IMG/VR virus record: IMGVR_UViG_3300042253_000131
Coordinates: 1 to 52,982 of that record
DNA from: a virus
Taxonomy: Duplodnaviria > Caudoviricetes
Reading direction: 5' to 3' (one strand)
DNA length: 52,982 bases
Shown here: piece after piece, positions 1 through 8,437 of the stretch
How positions within the stretch are numbered: position 1 is the stretch's first letter
Layout: every line of letters begins with the position of its first letter
The notes under the pieces: generated by a model
The model's database searches: none
Told to the model about the DNA's origin: nothing
Seen by the model: only the letters and a program-made list of their open reading frames with translations
Program-made: the position numbers and the translations under genes

Positions 1-106
1 TTTTCGCGATGTTCCAGGATTGTCATTCGGCCAATGCTGCGCCTTGGCGGTGCGCGGGTAGTTGGCGCCTGTAATGAGCCCGTTCGTACGCCCGATGCCG
101 GGGTCG

Positions 107-496
107 TCAGGCGCGGTCTGATCGACCTGGCTGTCGACCCCACTCCACCGGAAACGGCTCCAGCACCAGCGCCAACGTCACATCGGGCCCGTACGTCCCG
201 TCCAGGATCGCCTCAACGATGTTAGGCGCGAGCAGCGTGAGCCGCAGGACGCGGGTCATGTAGGAGGGCGCTATGCCCTCCCGTTCGGCCAATTCGGCGA
301 TGGTGGCGTATTCGCCCGACTCAAGCATCCGCTTCCATCGGAATGCACGTGCCAGCGCCTTGACCAACGTGTTGTCCGCGCGCCGCGGCTGGGTAGCGCC
401 TTCCGGCAGCTGCATCTCCTTCCGTCCGCCCCGCTTCACGATGCGGAACGGCACGTGGAGCGTCACCGTCTCCGGGGCTGGAGACCCGCGGGTCAT
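107..496 (-). CDS. Small recombinase-associated HTH protein
   Basis: 129 aa; TIAELAEREGIAPSYMTRVLRL is HTH-like; start overlaps the recombinase stop (ATGA). Confidence 0.75.
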   Translation of the reverse strand: MTRGSPAPETVTLHVPFRIVKRGGRKEMQLPEGATQPRRADNTLVKALARAFRWKRMLESGEYATIAELAEREGIAPSYMTRVLRLTLLAPNIVEAILDGTYGPDVTLALVLEPFPVEWGRQPGRSDRA

Positions 497-1803
497 GCAG
501 CTTCTCCGATTCCGCCGGCAAGCATCTCGCGCGCGAGGCCACCGAGGCCATCAACGCGCAGGCGAATGTTGAGCCCGTCAGTGCCAACATCGACGCGTTC
601 GACCAGCAGTGCCACGATGCGTGCCTGCTCGGCGGGGAAGAATTCGTGCCACAGCGCATCGAGTTGCTGCAGCGCCGCACGCGCGTCGGCCTCGGAGATG
701 TCGTCGGCGTGAACACGCGCCGCCTTCCATGTCCCCGCAACAATCTCTGGCTGTCGGAACACGGCACGGAGTTGGTCGATGACCGTGGCCTCGATCTCCC
801 CTGCTGGCACGCGGCCCACCGGGCATGACCCGGCACCGTGCTTCAGCACTGTCTGGCTGACGTAGTAGCGGTAGAGCCTGTCGCCCTTGCGCGTATGGGT
901 CGGCGAAAACGCGGCACCATTGGGACCGAAGAGCAGCCCCTTCAACAGCGCGGGCGTGTCGGCGCGAGTCCGGGCGGCACGCTTGCGCGGGCTTGTCCGA
1001 AGGATGGCATGAACCTTGTCCCACGTCTCGCGGTCGATGATGGCGTCGTGCTCGCCGGGGTAGCTATCGCCCTTGTGGACCGCCTCGCCGATGTAGGCGC
1101 GGTTGCCGAGCATCCGGTAGATGTATTTCTTGTCGATCCGGTTCCCGCGCGGCGTCCGGATGCCGCGTGCGCCGACCTCCCGCGCCAGTTCCGTGCTCGA
1201 CCCGATCTCGAGGAAGCGGGCGAAGATCCAGCGGACATGCGCGGCGCCTTCTTCGTCGATGACCAGCTTCCGGTTCTCGACCCGGTAGCCGTAGGGCGGC
1301 ACCCCACCCATCCACATGCCCTTCCGGCGAGAGGCGGCGACCTTGTCGCGAATGCGCTCGGCCGTCACCTCGCGCTCGAACTGCGCGAAGCTGAGCAGGA
1401 TGTTCAGCGTCAGCCTGCCCATCGACGTGGTCGTGTTGAAGGACTGCGTGACCGAGACGAACGTCACGCCGTTGCGGTCGAACACCTCGACCAGCTTGGC
1501 GAAGTCGGCGAGTGAGCGGCTGAGGCGGTCGATCTTGTAGACCACCACCACATCGACGAGCCCGTCCTCGATGTCTTCCAGCAGGCGCTTGAGGCCGGGC
1601 CGCTCCAGCGTGCCGCCCGAGATGCCGCCGTCGTCATACTGGTCGCGGACCAGCACCCAGCCCTCGGAGCGCTGGCTGGCGATGTAGGCCTCGCAGGCCT
1701 CGCGCTGGGCGTGGAGACTGTTGAACTCCTGCTCCAGCCCTTCCTCGGAGGATTTCCGGGTGTAGACCGCGCAACGCAGCTTGCGAACGACAGATTTGTT
1801 CAT
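493..1803 (-). CDS. Large serine recombinase (integrase)
   Basis: YTRKS catalytic motif, YDDGGISGG..RPGL, VYKIDRLSRS, FAQFERE, GG.PPYGY and recombinase domain. Start MNKSVV at 1803; the longer ORF in the track is an in-frame extension. Confidence 0.93.
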   Translation of the reverse strand: MNKSVVRKLRCAVYTRKSSEEGLEQEFNSLHAQREACEAYIASQRSEGWVLVRDQYDDGGISGGTLERPGLKRLLEDIEDGLVDVVVVYKIDRLSRSLADFAKLVEVFDRNGVTFVSVTQSFNTTTSMGRLTLNILLSFAQFEREVTAERIRDKVAASRRKGMWMGGVPPYGYRVENRKLVIDEEGAAHVRWIFARFLEIGSSTELAREVGARGIRTPRGNRIDKKYIYRMLGNRAYIGEAVHKGDSYPGEHDAIIDRETWDKVHAILRTSPRKRAARTRADTPALLKGLLFGPNGAAFSPTHTRKGDRLYRYYVSQTVLKHGAGSCPVGRVPAGEIEATVIDQLRAVFRQPEIVAGTWKAARVHADDISEADARAALQQLDALWHEFFPAEQARIVALLVERVDVGTDGLNIRLRVDGLGGLAREMLAGGIGEAA

Positions 1804-2255
1804 GCCGTTCTCCGATGGTTTTTCAGCCCGAAGAAGACCCAGCCGTTCCAGCGTGTGCCGGTGATCGCGCGCGCGATGGCGGACAGCGACTTGTAGGGGC
1901 GGCCCTGCCATTCGAAGCCATCGGCGGTCACGGTGACGATCTGTTCGACGCCCTGCCACTCGCGCAGCAGCCGCGTGCCGGTGATGGGACGGTCGCGGTC
2001 GGCGCGGATGCGGCGCTTGGATCGGTCGCCGCCGTCCAACTCCTCGCCCAGCCGCTCCAGCCGCCGGATCGTCTCCGGCCTCAGCCCACCATAGGCCAGT
2101 TCCTGAATGCGGTAGGCCAGGCGGGACTCCAGGTAGCGCCGGTTGAAGGGCGGCGGCTCGCTGTCGAACAACTCTCGCCACTGTTTCTTCAGCTCGGGCG
2201 TCGACGTGGTCTTGAGCGCGGCCAGGCGCGCGGGGATGGGATCGGGCTTGTTCAT
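1800..2255 (-). CDS. DUF2924 domain protein
   Basis: LAYRIQELAYGGL, GTRLLREWQG, YKSLSAIARAITGTRWNGWVFFGL; typical partner upstream of these recombinases. Confidence 0.85.
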   Translation of the reverse strand: MNKPDPIPARLAALKTTSTPELKKQWRELFDSEPPPFNRRYLESRLAYRIQELAYGGLRPETIRRLERLGEELDGGDRSKRRIRADRDRPITGTRLLREWQGVEQIVTVTADGFEWQGRPYKSLSAIARAITGTRWNGWVFFGLKNHRRTA

Positions 2256-2455
2256 GCATTTCTCCGCTGAGTTGGAGTTGCATGACGGCATTGGTCGGGC
2301 GGATAGTGTAGGCAACGTTCTCCAGTATCGTCAGATACTTCGCCCATCTCCCGCATCCGCAGCCGAACCAGCCCGAGCGCCAGCAGGCCGCACAGCTCGG
2401 CGCGGCGCTCGGCGGGGGTCATTCGGGCGGGTGATAGCGGATTGGGGCGTTTCAT
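2252..2455 (-). CDS. Small hypothetical protein, first gene of the recombinase operon
   Basis: 67 aa, stop overlaps the DUF2924 start; lies directly downstream of the promoter motif at 2485-2516. Confidence 0.6.
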   Translation of the reverse strand: MKRPNPLSPARMTPAERRAELCGLLALGLVRLRMREMGEVSDDTGERCLHYPPDQCRHATPTQRRNA

Positions 2456-2484
2456 GAAGGGCGTGTCCGTGAGGTCTCACCCTT

Positions 2485-2516
2485 CCTCTACTCACGGCCC
2501 TTTCAATCTGTCCCAC
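2485..2516 (-). promoter_or_regulatory. Putative phage-sigma promoter, copy 1 (GTGGGAC-N13-CGTGAGTAGAGG)
   Basis: Same motif and spacing as 5477-5508; points into the recombinase operon. Confidence 0.7.
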
Positions 2517-2578
2517 GGACGGTGGCAATGCGCGAACCGCGCCTGTTTCGACTCGACTCAGGGTTGTTCTGGTTGTTA

Positions 2579-2593
2579 GAACATAATATGAAC
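2579..2593 (+). promoter_or_regulatory. Alphaproteobacterial LexA (SOS) box
   Basis: GAAC-ATAATAT-GAAC is a perfect GAAC-N7-GAAC in an AT-rich patch just upstream of the ATG at 2620. Confidence 0.8.
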
Positions 2594-2619
2594 AAATGAG
2601 TCTTCAGCGAGGGGGTGCC

Positions 2620-3855
2620 ATGGGGTCCGACATCAAGAAATTTGTCAATCCGAAGTTTCTCAACAGCATCGATGTCGTGCTCATGCGCGACCTCTTCGCG
2701 CGTCATTTCAAGGACGATGGCCTCCCTCTCGTGTTCGAGGGCGAAGTTGCCGAGATTCGCAAACGGATGGCCGCCTATTTCGCGGCGCCGATCACCGCCT
2801 GGTCCGAAGGGCTGATCGCGGATCTGCATCGGGTCGCCGAACTCGGCACCGGCGAAGGCATGCAACTCATCCTGAACGAGGCTCGCCGCCAGGGCGTGAT
2901 CCTCTATTCCGACCTCGATGCGAAACAGGCCGACTCGGCGCCGGTGAGGCACGAATCCAAGCATGTGGCGTTGCACGCCTATCTGCATCACCACCCGATC
3001 TTCGAGGCGGCGGCCGATTTCCAGGCGCTGCGGGCGCCGACCGCCATGGCGGAGTTTCGCGGCCCGCAGCGCGATGTCGGAGCCGATCTGACCGAGGCGG
3101 CGTCGGCGGCATTCAAGGCCGCCATCGTGAAGCTGTTCGCGCAGGACCTGCAGGGCGATTACTGTCGTCTCGGCCCCTATGAGGAGGATGGCGAGATCAA
3201 CCTCGTCGTCAGCCATGGCGCACCGGTCACGACCACGCCGGTCGTGGCGGGCGACCGCGAACAGATCATCACCCTGCGCGCGGTGAAATATGCGGCCCTG
3301 CGCTATGCATCGAACGAAGGGCTCCTGCGCATCGGCGGCGTGCCAAGGGCGCAGCAGGCCGAAGTGGCGGCGATCTTCGCCGAACACATCCTCGGGCGAC
3401 CCGGTTTCTTCGCCGGCAAGGACGCGCGCGATCTCTATACCCTCGATCCCATCACCGCGTTCGGCCCGGACTTCGCATTCCAGCATGCGTTCGACGAGAG
3501 GATCCTCGAGGTTCGGATCGTGGCGGCAGCGGCCGATTTCTTCGCCGAGGACGAGGATGGCGCATGGCGCTATGTGCGCAGCTGGGAGTCGAAGGACGCA
3601 TCCGGTGCGGCGCTCCGGCATTTCAAGGCCAGCGAGGTGCGCTTCGGCCGCGGCTGGCGTCTGGGAGAGATCACCTTCCGGGTGTTTTTCAAGAGCGACG
3701 CGAAACAGCCCGCCAAGGTGACCGTGCGTTTGAAGCCGCCCGGCACGCTCGCCTTCCGTCGCACCCGCTTCGAGAAGGCGATTCATGCGCTGGTCGCGCG
3801 CAACGGGCTGGAAAAGGATCGCGATGCTGACCTGGTTGTGGAAGCGGCTGAGTAA
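2620..3855 (+). CDS. Hypothetical protein (411 aa), LexA-box-proximal
   Basis: Long ORF with GAGGGGG RBS; overlaps the next gene; no motif recognised. Confidence 0.8.
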   Translation: MGSDIKKFVNPKFLNSIDVVLMRDLFARHFKDDGLPLVFEGEVAEIRKRMAAYFAAPITAWSEGLIADLHRVAELGTGEGMQLILNEARRQGVILYSDLDAKQADSAPVRHESKHVALHAYLHHHPIFEAAADFQALRAPTAMAEFRGPQRDVGADLTEAASAAFKAAIVKLFAQDLQGDYCRLGPYEEDGEINLVVSHGAPVTTTPVVAGDREQIITLRAVKYAALRYASNEGLLRIGGVPRAQQAEVAAIFAEHILGRPGFFAGKDARDLYTLDPITAFGPDFAFQHAFDERILEVRIVAAAADFFAEDEDGAWRYVRSWESKDASGAALRHFKASEVRFGRGWRLGEITFRVFFKSDAKQPAKVTVRLKPPGTLAFRRTRFEKAIHALVARNGLEKDRDADLVVEAAE

Positions 3856-4801
3856 CGGCGGGGCGGAGGCCAGGGTCTCCGGCCGGGCGCTACGCCGCTT
3901 CCCCGAGCGCGAGGTCGAGCGCCTGCTGCGGGCCCGGGTTCTGATCGAACAGCGCAAGGCCGACAATTGGCCGGTCTGCACGCATTGCGACTGCGGGCTT
4001 GATGCGCGCCCGATCCGGCGGGTCGGCGACGAGATTCGCGCTTGCTGTCCGCATGATGCCGCTGAAGACGTTGCCCTCACCGAGGACGACCTGAAACGCT
4101 ATTCCGTCGACGGGGAACACCTGGCGGGCGAAATCGCGGCATCGGGCGGGCTTGTCGGCGGCGTGGTCCGGATGGATGACGGCGTCTGGCTGATCGGCAA
4201 GGCACCTTCAGGCTATGCCATGGTGCTTTGCAACGACCCTGACAGGTTGGAAGCGCCCGGCATGATCCTTGCGCTCAAGGCCGCGGTGGGCGGCACAAGG
4301 GTGGCCCTGATCGCCACCGCAATCGAGGCGACCATCGCAATTCGTTGGCGGGAAGCCGGAATTCCGGTGCTGGACTTCAGCGAGGTGATGATCCCTGACC
4401 AGTCCGGTGCGGATCGTCTGGACCTCGCGCGGATCCTTGCGGAGCCGCACGTCGCGGCGACGTCCTCAGATTCCGCCGCATCCAGAACCGCCCGGCTAAT
4501 GATTTCACGCTCACGGCGAAGCGTGCAACTGGATGGCCGCGATTTCGTCCTGTCGCTTACCGAATTCGACTGTTTTCTCGGTGCCGCCGAGAAGGTCGCG
4601 GCTGGACAGGTCATGCTCACCTATCAGGAACTCTATGCCCTGACCAACCGGGCGACCCATCGCGATGTCATCAACGAACTCCGCGACAAGTTGCAGAAGC
4701 AGGGTCTGACGCGCGAACAGGCTTTCGACCTGGTGAAGACGGTGCACGGACGGGGACTGACCATCAGCTTGCCGGGACAGGACATCGACATCCGCGACTG
4801 A
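3824..4801 (+). CDS. Putative transcriptional activator with C-terminal OmpR/PhoB-type winged helix
   Basis: C-terminus LSLTEFDCF..LTYQELY..INELRDKL..LVKTVHGRGL resembles the trans_reg_C fold; N-terminal Cys cluster CTHCDC..CC. Confidence 0.7.
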   Translation: MLTWLWKRLSNGGAEARVSGRALRRFPEREVERLLRARVLIEQRKADNWPVCTHCDCGLDARPIRRVGDEIRACCPHDAAEDVALTEDDLKRYSVDGEHLAGEIAASGGLVGGVVRMDDGVWLIGKAPSGYAMVLCNDPDRLEAPGMILALKAAVGGTRVALIATAIEATIAIRWREAGIPVLDFSEVMIPDQSGADRLDLARILAEPHVAATSSDSAASRTARLMISRSRRSVQLDGRDFVLSLTEFDCFLGAAEKVAAGQVMLTYQELYALTNRATHRDVINELRDKLQKQGLTREQAFDLVKTVHGRGLTISLPGQDIDIRD

Positions 4802-4805
4802 GACG

Positions 4806-4844
4806 ATCCACGTTTCTCCCACGATTTTCCCACGCCATTCCCAC
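4806..4844 (+). repeat. Four direct repeats with 11-bp period (ATCCAC/TCCCAC)
   Basis: ATCCAC 4806, TCCCAC 4817, 4828, 4839; upstream of the sigma gene. Confidence 0.8.
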
Positions 4845-4907
4845 CAATCGCCCGCAGCGAAACGGCAGTTTCGGAACAACAGCAATGATGTTCCGAGGCA
4901 CCACGAC

Positions 4908-5501
4908 ATGCACCCACCCATTTCCCCCTCCGACCTCGCCACGCTGATCGACGAGGCCGACCTCGCGGCGCGGCGTCTGCACCGCAAGCTGGCGCTCCCC
5001 GCGGCCGATCTCGACGATCTCCGCCAGGACCTGCTCGTCGATCTGATCTGCCGTCTGCCCGGCTTCGATGCCCGACGCGGCAGCATCGGCGCCTTCGCGG
5101 GCATCATCCTGCGCAACCAGTCCGCGCGGATCGCGATCCGCCATCACCGCCAGCGCCGGGCGCAGGGCGGGACGGTGCTTTCGCTCGATGCGCCGATCGC
5201 TGGCGGGGTCGAGCCGCTGGGTTGCCTGTTGGCGGAAACCGACGGGCTCGCTGCCTGGCATGGCCAGGATGCCAGCGCGGCCGAGGATGCCGAGTTGCGT
5301 CACGATCTTGCCCTCGCCCTTGGCGCGCTGCCGGAAGAGGCCCGCAGGCTCTGCGCCGCTCTCGGGACCTGCGCCATCGCCGAGATTGTCAGCCACAGCG
5401 GCATCTCCCGCTCCGCCCTTTACCGCCGCATCGCCCGGTTGCGGCTCGACCTCGCGATGCGCGGGTTCGGGGCGCGGTGGGACGCCTCGCGAGCCGCGTG
5501 A
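4908..5501 (+). CDS. Phage sigma-70/ECF-like sigma factor
   Basis: DLDDLRQDLL..FDARRGS region 2-like; LSLDAP; C-terminal HTH IAEIV..GISRSALYRRIARLR. Confidence 0.8.
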   Translation: MHPPISPSDLATLIDEADLAARRLHRKLALPAADLDDLRQDLLVDLICRLPGFDARRGSIGAFAGIILRNQSARIAIRHHRQRRAQGGTVLSLDAPIAGGVEPLGCLLAETDGLAAWHGQDASAAEDAELRHDLALALGALPEEARRLCAALGTCAIAEIVSHSGISRSALYRRIARLRLDLAMRGFGARWDASRAA

Positions 5502-5508
5502 GTAGAGG
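5477..5508 (+). promoter_or_regulatory. Putative phage-sigma promoter, copy 2
   Basis: GTGGGAC-N13-CGTGAGTAGAGG directly before the RBS and ATG (5515) of the replication operon. Confidence 0.7.
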
Positions 5509-5514
5509 GAGGAC

Positions 5515-5871
5515 ATGGAGATGCTCATCATGCCCCGCACCGCCTTCATCCCGGCCAGGCCCCGGCCGCTCACCGATGTCGAATTCTGCGCCTGGATCGG
5601 TCAGGCGATGCCCGACGACCGCCTCGAATACCACCGCGGGTTTCTCGGGATCGACACGACGGCCGTCATCTCGACGCTGCCGGAGCCCGAGCGTCGCAGG
5701 CTTGGGGCGCTCGCCAGCGCCGCGCATCGGGCTTTTGAGGCGGACCTCGTCCACCTCGTTCAGGTGCGGCTCGGCCCGGACCGCTTCGCCTATCTCGCCA
5801 TCGCCCGGACCAAGCCGCGCCGCACGCCCGTGCCGCTCGCCCGTCTCCTCGAAGACGCCGAGGCCGCGTGA
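5515..5871 (+). CDS. Hypothetical phage protein
   Basis: 118 aa, GGAGG RBS, LEYHRGFL motif. Confidence 0.75.
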   Translation: MEMLIMPRTAFIPARPRPLTDVEFCAWIGQAMPDDRLEYHRGFLGIDTTAVISTLPEPERRRLGALASAAHRAFEADLVHLVQVRLGPDRFAYLAIARTKPRRTPVPLARLLEDAEAA

Positions 5872-5906
5872 TGGCCCTGCCATCCCCTTCCAACGGAGTT
5901 TCCGCC

Positions 5907-6389
5907 ATGCCGCAAAACGACAACGCCCCACGCCTCATTGACCTCGATCGCTTCGCCATTGGCGACATCGCCGCATTTCCGCCCGAGCTGCTGCTGGACC
6001 TGCAGACGACGGCGCTCACCGAGACCGCCCGCGTGAAGCGGCTGCGGGACCGGCTCGAGGCTGGCATCGCGCAACGTTACGAGGCCGCCGCCGCGGCCGA
6101 GCGGGCCACCCAGGGCAAGACCTCCGGCACCGTGCGCATCGAGGACGACGGCATCGTAATCGTCGCCGATCTGCCGAAGAAGGTGACCTGGGATCAGGAC
6201 CGTCTCGCGGCGATGGCCGAGCGCATCCGCGCGGCCGGCGATGACACGACCGAGTATCTCGAGATCGCCTACCGCGTGCCCGAGCGGCGCTACGGCGCCT
6301 GGCCCGCGGCGATGCGCGAGGGCTTCGCGGACGCGCGGAGCGAGACCACCGGCAAACCCGTGTTCCGGCTCGAGACCCGAGACCGGTGA
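5907..6389 (+). CDS. Hypothetical phage protein
   Basis: GGAG RBS before ATG 5907 (alternative start 5868); DLPKKVTWDQ motif common in these operons. Confidence 0.75.
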   Translation: MPQNDNAPRLIDLDRFAIGDIAAFPPELLLDLQTTALTETARVKRLRDRLEAGIAQRYEAAAAAERATQGKTSGTVRIEDDGIVIVADLPKKVTWDQDRLAAMAERIRAAGDDTTEYLEIAYRVPERRYGAWPAAMREGFADARSETTGKPVFRLETRDR

Positions 6390-6390
6390 C

Positions 6391-6466
6391 GCGCGGCGGC
6401 GGGACGCCCGCGCGGCAACGCCGGGCAGGTTCCCCTTCGGCACCCGGTCACCCCCCGCCGCCGCGC
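6391..6466 (+). ncRNA. Candidate structured intergenic RNA element
   Basis: 13-bp perfect stem (6391-6403/6454-6466) enclosing a GCAA-tetraloop hairpin and a cUUCGg loop; no U-tract. Confidence 0.4.
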
Positions 6467-6494
6467 ACCCTGAACGCAAATTCCGGAGAACCCC

Positions 6495-7352
6495 ATGACT
6501 TTCCGCATCATCACCGCCGACGAGCGCATCTCCTCGGCCGAGAACAAGACCTCGCTGGCGATCTTCGGTCCGCCCGGCGTGGGCAAGACCACGCTCCTGA
6601 AATCGCTGCCCGCCGAGGAAACCGTCTGCCTCGACCTCGAGGCCGGGATGAAGTCGGTGCAGGACTGGCGCGGGGCGTCGATCCCGGTGCGCAGCTTCAC
6701 CGATTTCCGCGATCTGGTGGTGCTGATCGGTGGGCCCGATCCTGCGCAGCATCCGCAATCCTGGTATGGTGCCGAACGCCATGCGTGGTTGCAGGCCCAG
6801 CACCGCGACAGCGGCATCGAAGCCTTTCTTGCCGCGCGCCGCATCGTGTTCGTCGACTCGATCACCGATTTGACCCGGCAAGTCATGGCCTATGCCCGCC
6901 AGCAGCCCGAGGCGTTCTCGGACCGGACCGGCAAGCCGGATGTACGCGGGGCCTATGGGCTGTTGGGGCGCGAAGTGATCCAGGCGCTGAAGCACCTGCA
7001 GCATGCGCGCGGCAAGACGGTGATCTTCGTCGGCGTGCTGGAAAAGGTCACCGACGATTTCGGGACGGTCACCTGGCAGCCGCAGATGGAGGGCAGCAAG
7101 GCCGGGCGGGAATTGCCCGGGATCGTGGACCAGGTGGTCTCGATGCAGCTGTTCGCGCGTGATGCCGAGGGCGAGTGGACCCTCGACGAGACCTCCGCCG
7201 AGCGCCGCCTCGTCTGCCGCTCCGGCAACCCCTGGGGCCTTCCGGCCAAGGACCGCTCCGGCCGCCTCGACATGACCGAACCGCCCGATCTCGGCGCGCT
7301 GCTCGCCCGGATCGATGGCCGAACCGCTCTCAAACCTGCACTCGCCTCCTGA
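6495..7352 (+). CDS. AAA_24 / Sak4-like P-loop ATPase
   Basis: Walker A GPPGVGKT, FVDSIT, C-terminal AKDRSG. Confidence 0.85.
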   Translation: MTFRIITADERISSAENKTSLAIFGPPGVGKTTLLKSLPAEETVCLDLEAGMKSVQDWRGASIPVRSFTDFRDLVVLIGGPDPAQHPQSWYGAERHAWLQAQHRDSGIEAFLAARRIVFVDSITDLTRQVMAYARQQPEAFSDRTGKPDVRGAYGLLGREVIQALKHLQHARGKTVIFVGVLEKVTDDFGTVTWQPQMEGSKAGRELPGIVDQVVSMQLFARDAEGEWTLDETSAERRLVCRSGNPWGLPAKDRSGRLDMTEPPDLGALLARIDGRTALKPALAS

Positions 7353-7371
7353 TCCCTGAAAGGAAACTGAC

Positions 7372-8124
7372 ATGAGCTACGATCTCAACGACGCCCAGCC
7401 GCAGATGGCCCCCATCGGCGAGCTGATCCCCGACGGCACCTTCGCCAAGGTCCGCCTGACCATCCGCCCCGGCGGCGTGAACGGTGCGACCCCGATGGAT
7501 GCGGGGCTGCTGAAGGCATCGCAATCCAGCGATGCACGCATGCTCGATTGCGAATTCACCGTGGTCGATGGCCCCCATGCCCGGCGCAAGTTCTGGCAGA
7601 GTTTCACCGTGGCGGGCGGGAAGCTGGACGAGAAAGGCCAGTCCATCGGCTGGAAGATCTCGAAATCCACCTTTCGGGCGATGGTCGACAGCGCTCTCGG
7701 GCTCGATCCCAGGGACGAAAGCCCCGGCGCCAAGGCCAAGCGGGTTCTGCCCGGGCTCAAGCATCTCGACGGCATCGTCTTCGCCGCGCGGATCATGGTG
7801 GAGCCCGCCTCCAACCCGCAATACCGCGACCAAAACCGCATCGCCAACGTCGTTCTGCCCGACGACGCGAGCCATGCCGCGATCATGCGCGGCGAAACCG
7901 TGCCGCCGGATCCGGTCAACGCCCCGCCGCGCAAGGCCGTGAGCGCGCAGGTGCCGGGCTGGCAGGCGCCGACACCGGCATGGGGCGCGGCGCAACCGTC
8001 GCCCGCGGCGCCGAACTGGGGCGCGCAAGCGGCCGCCCCGGCACCGGCACCGCAACCCGCGCCGCCGCAGCCCGCACCGGCGGCGCCGGCCACCCCCGCG
8101 ATGCCCGCGTGGCTCAATGGCTGA
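7372..8124 (+). CDS. Putative single-stranded DNA-binding protein
   Basis: Follows the Sak4-like ATPase; LDCEFTVVDGPHARRKFW; Pro/Ala-rich tail ending PAWLNG. Confidence 0.65.
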   Translation: MSYDLNDAQPQMAPIGELIPDGTFAKVRLTIRPGGVNGATPMDAGLLKASQSSDARMLDCEFTVVDGPHARRKFWQSFTVAGGKLDEKGQSIGWKISKSTFRAMVDSALGLDPRDESPGAKAKRVLPGLKHLDGIVFAARIMVEPASNPQYRDQNRIANVVLPDDASHAAIMRGETVPPDPVNAPPRKAVSAQVPGWQAPTPAWGAAQPSPAAPNWGAQAAAPAPAPQPAPPQPAPAAPATPAMPAWLNG

Positions 8125-8437
8125 GGCACGACGGACGCGGCGGTCAGGTGGGGCGGCACGATCACCAACCGCCCAAGGCGATGGGGCTGGGCCGGGGAAC
8201 CGGCCCATGACCCCGGACGAATGGCAGGCGCATGTGACGCGCGCCGCCGCGCTGGAGATCGGAAAATGGCTCGAGGCCCGAGGAAGACTGCACCAACCCA
8301 TCGCAAGCCTTACCCTCGGCGACCTCGAGGCCATGGCGGTGAACGCCATCTCGCGCTGGATCGTGATGCAGGCGGAACGCCTGCACCGGCTGGATTGGCC
8401 GCAAGAGGACCCGATCGCGACCTTCTTGATCGGATAG
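8117..8437 (+). CDS. Hypothetical protein (alternative start 8207)
   Basis: Start overlaps the previous stop; operon continuity. Confidence 0.6.
   Translation: MAEARRTRRSGGAARSPTAQGDGAGPGNRPMTPDEWQAHVTRAAALEIGKWLEARGRLHQPIASLTLGDLEAMAVNAISRWIVMQAERLHRLDWPQEDPIATFLIG

Noticed and set aside
1-106. attL/attR direct repeat with the right end
   Set aside because: No convincing shared core seen by eye; serine integrase cores are very short, so comparison with an empty site is needed.
493-2283. 596-aa recombinase with long N-terminal extension
   Set aside because: The extension overlaps DUF2924 in another frame; the ATGA-coupled start at 1803 fits better.
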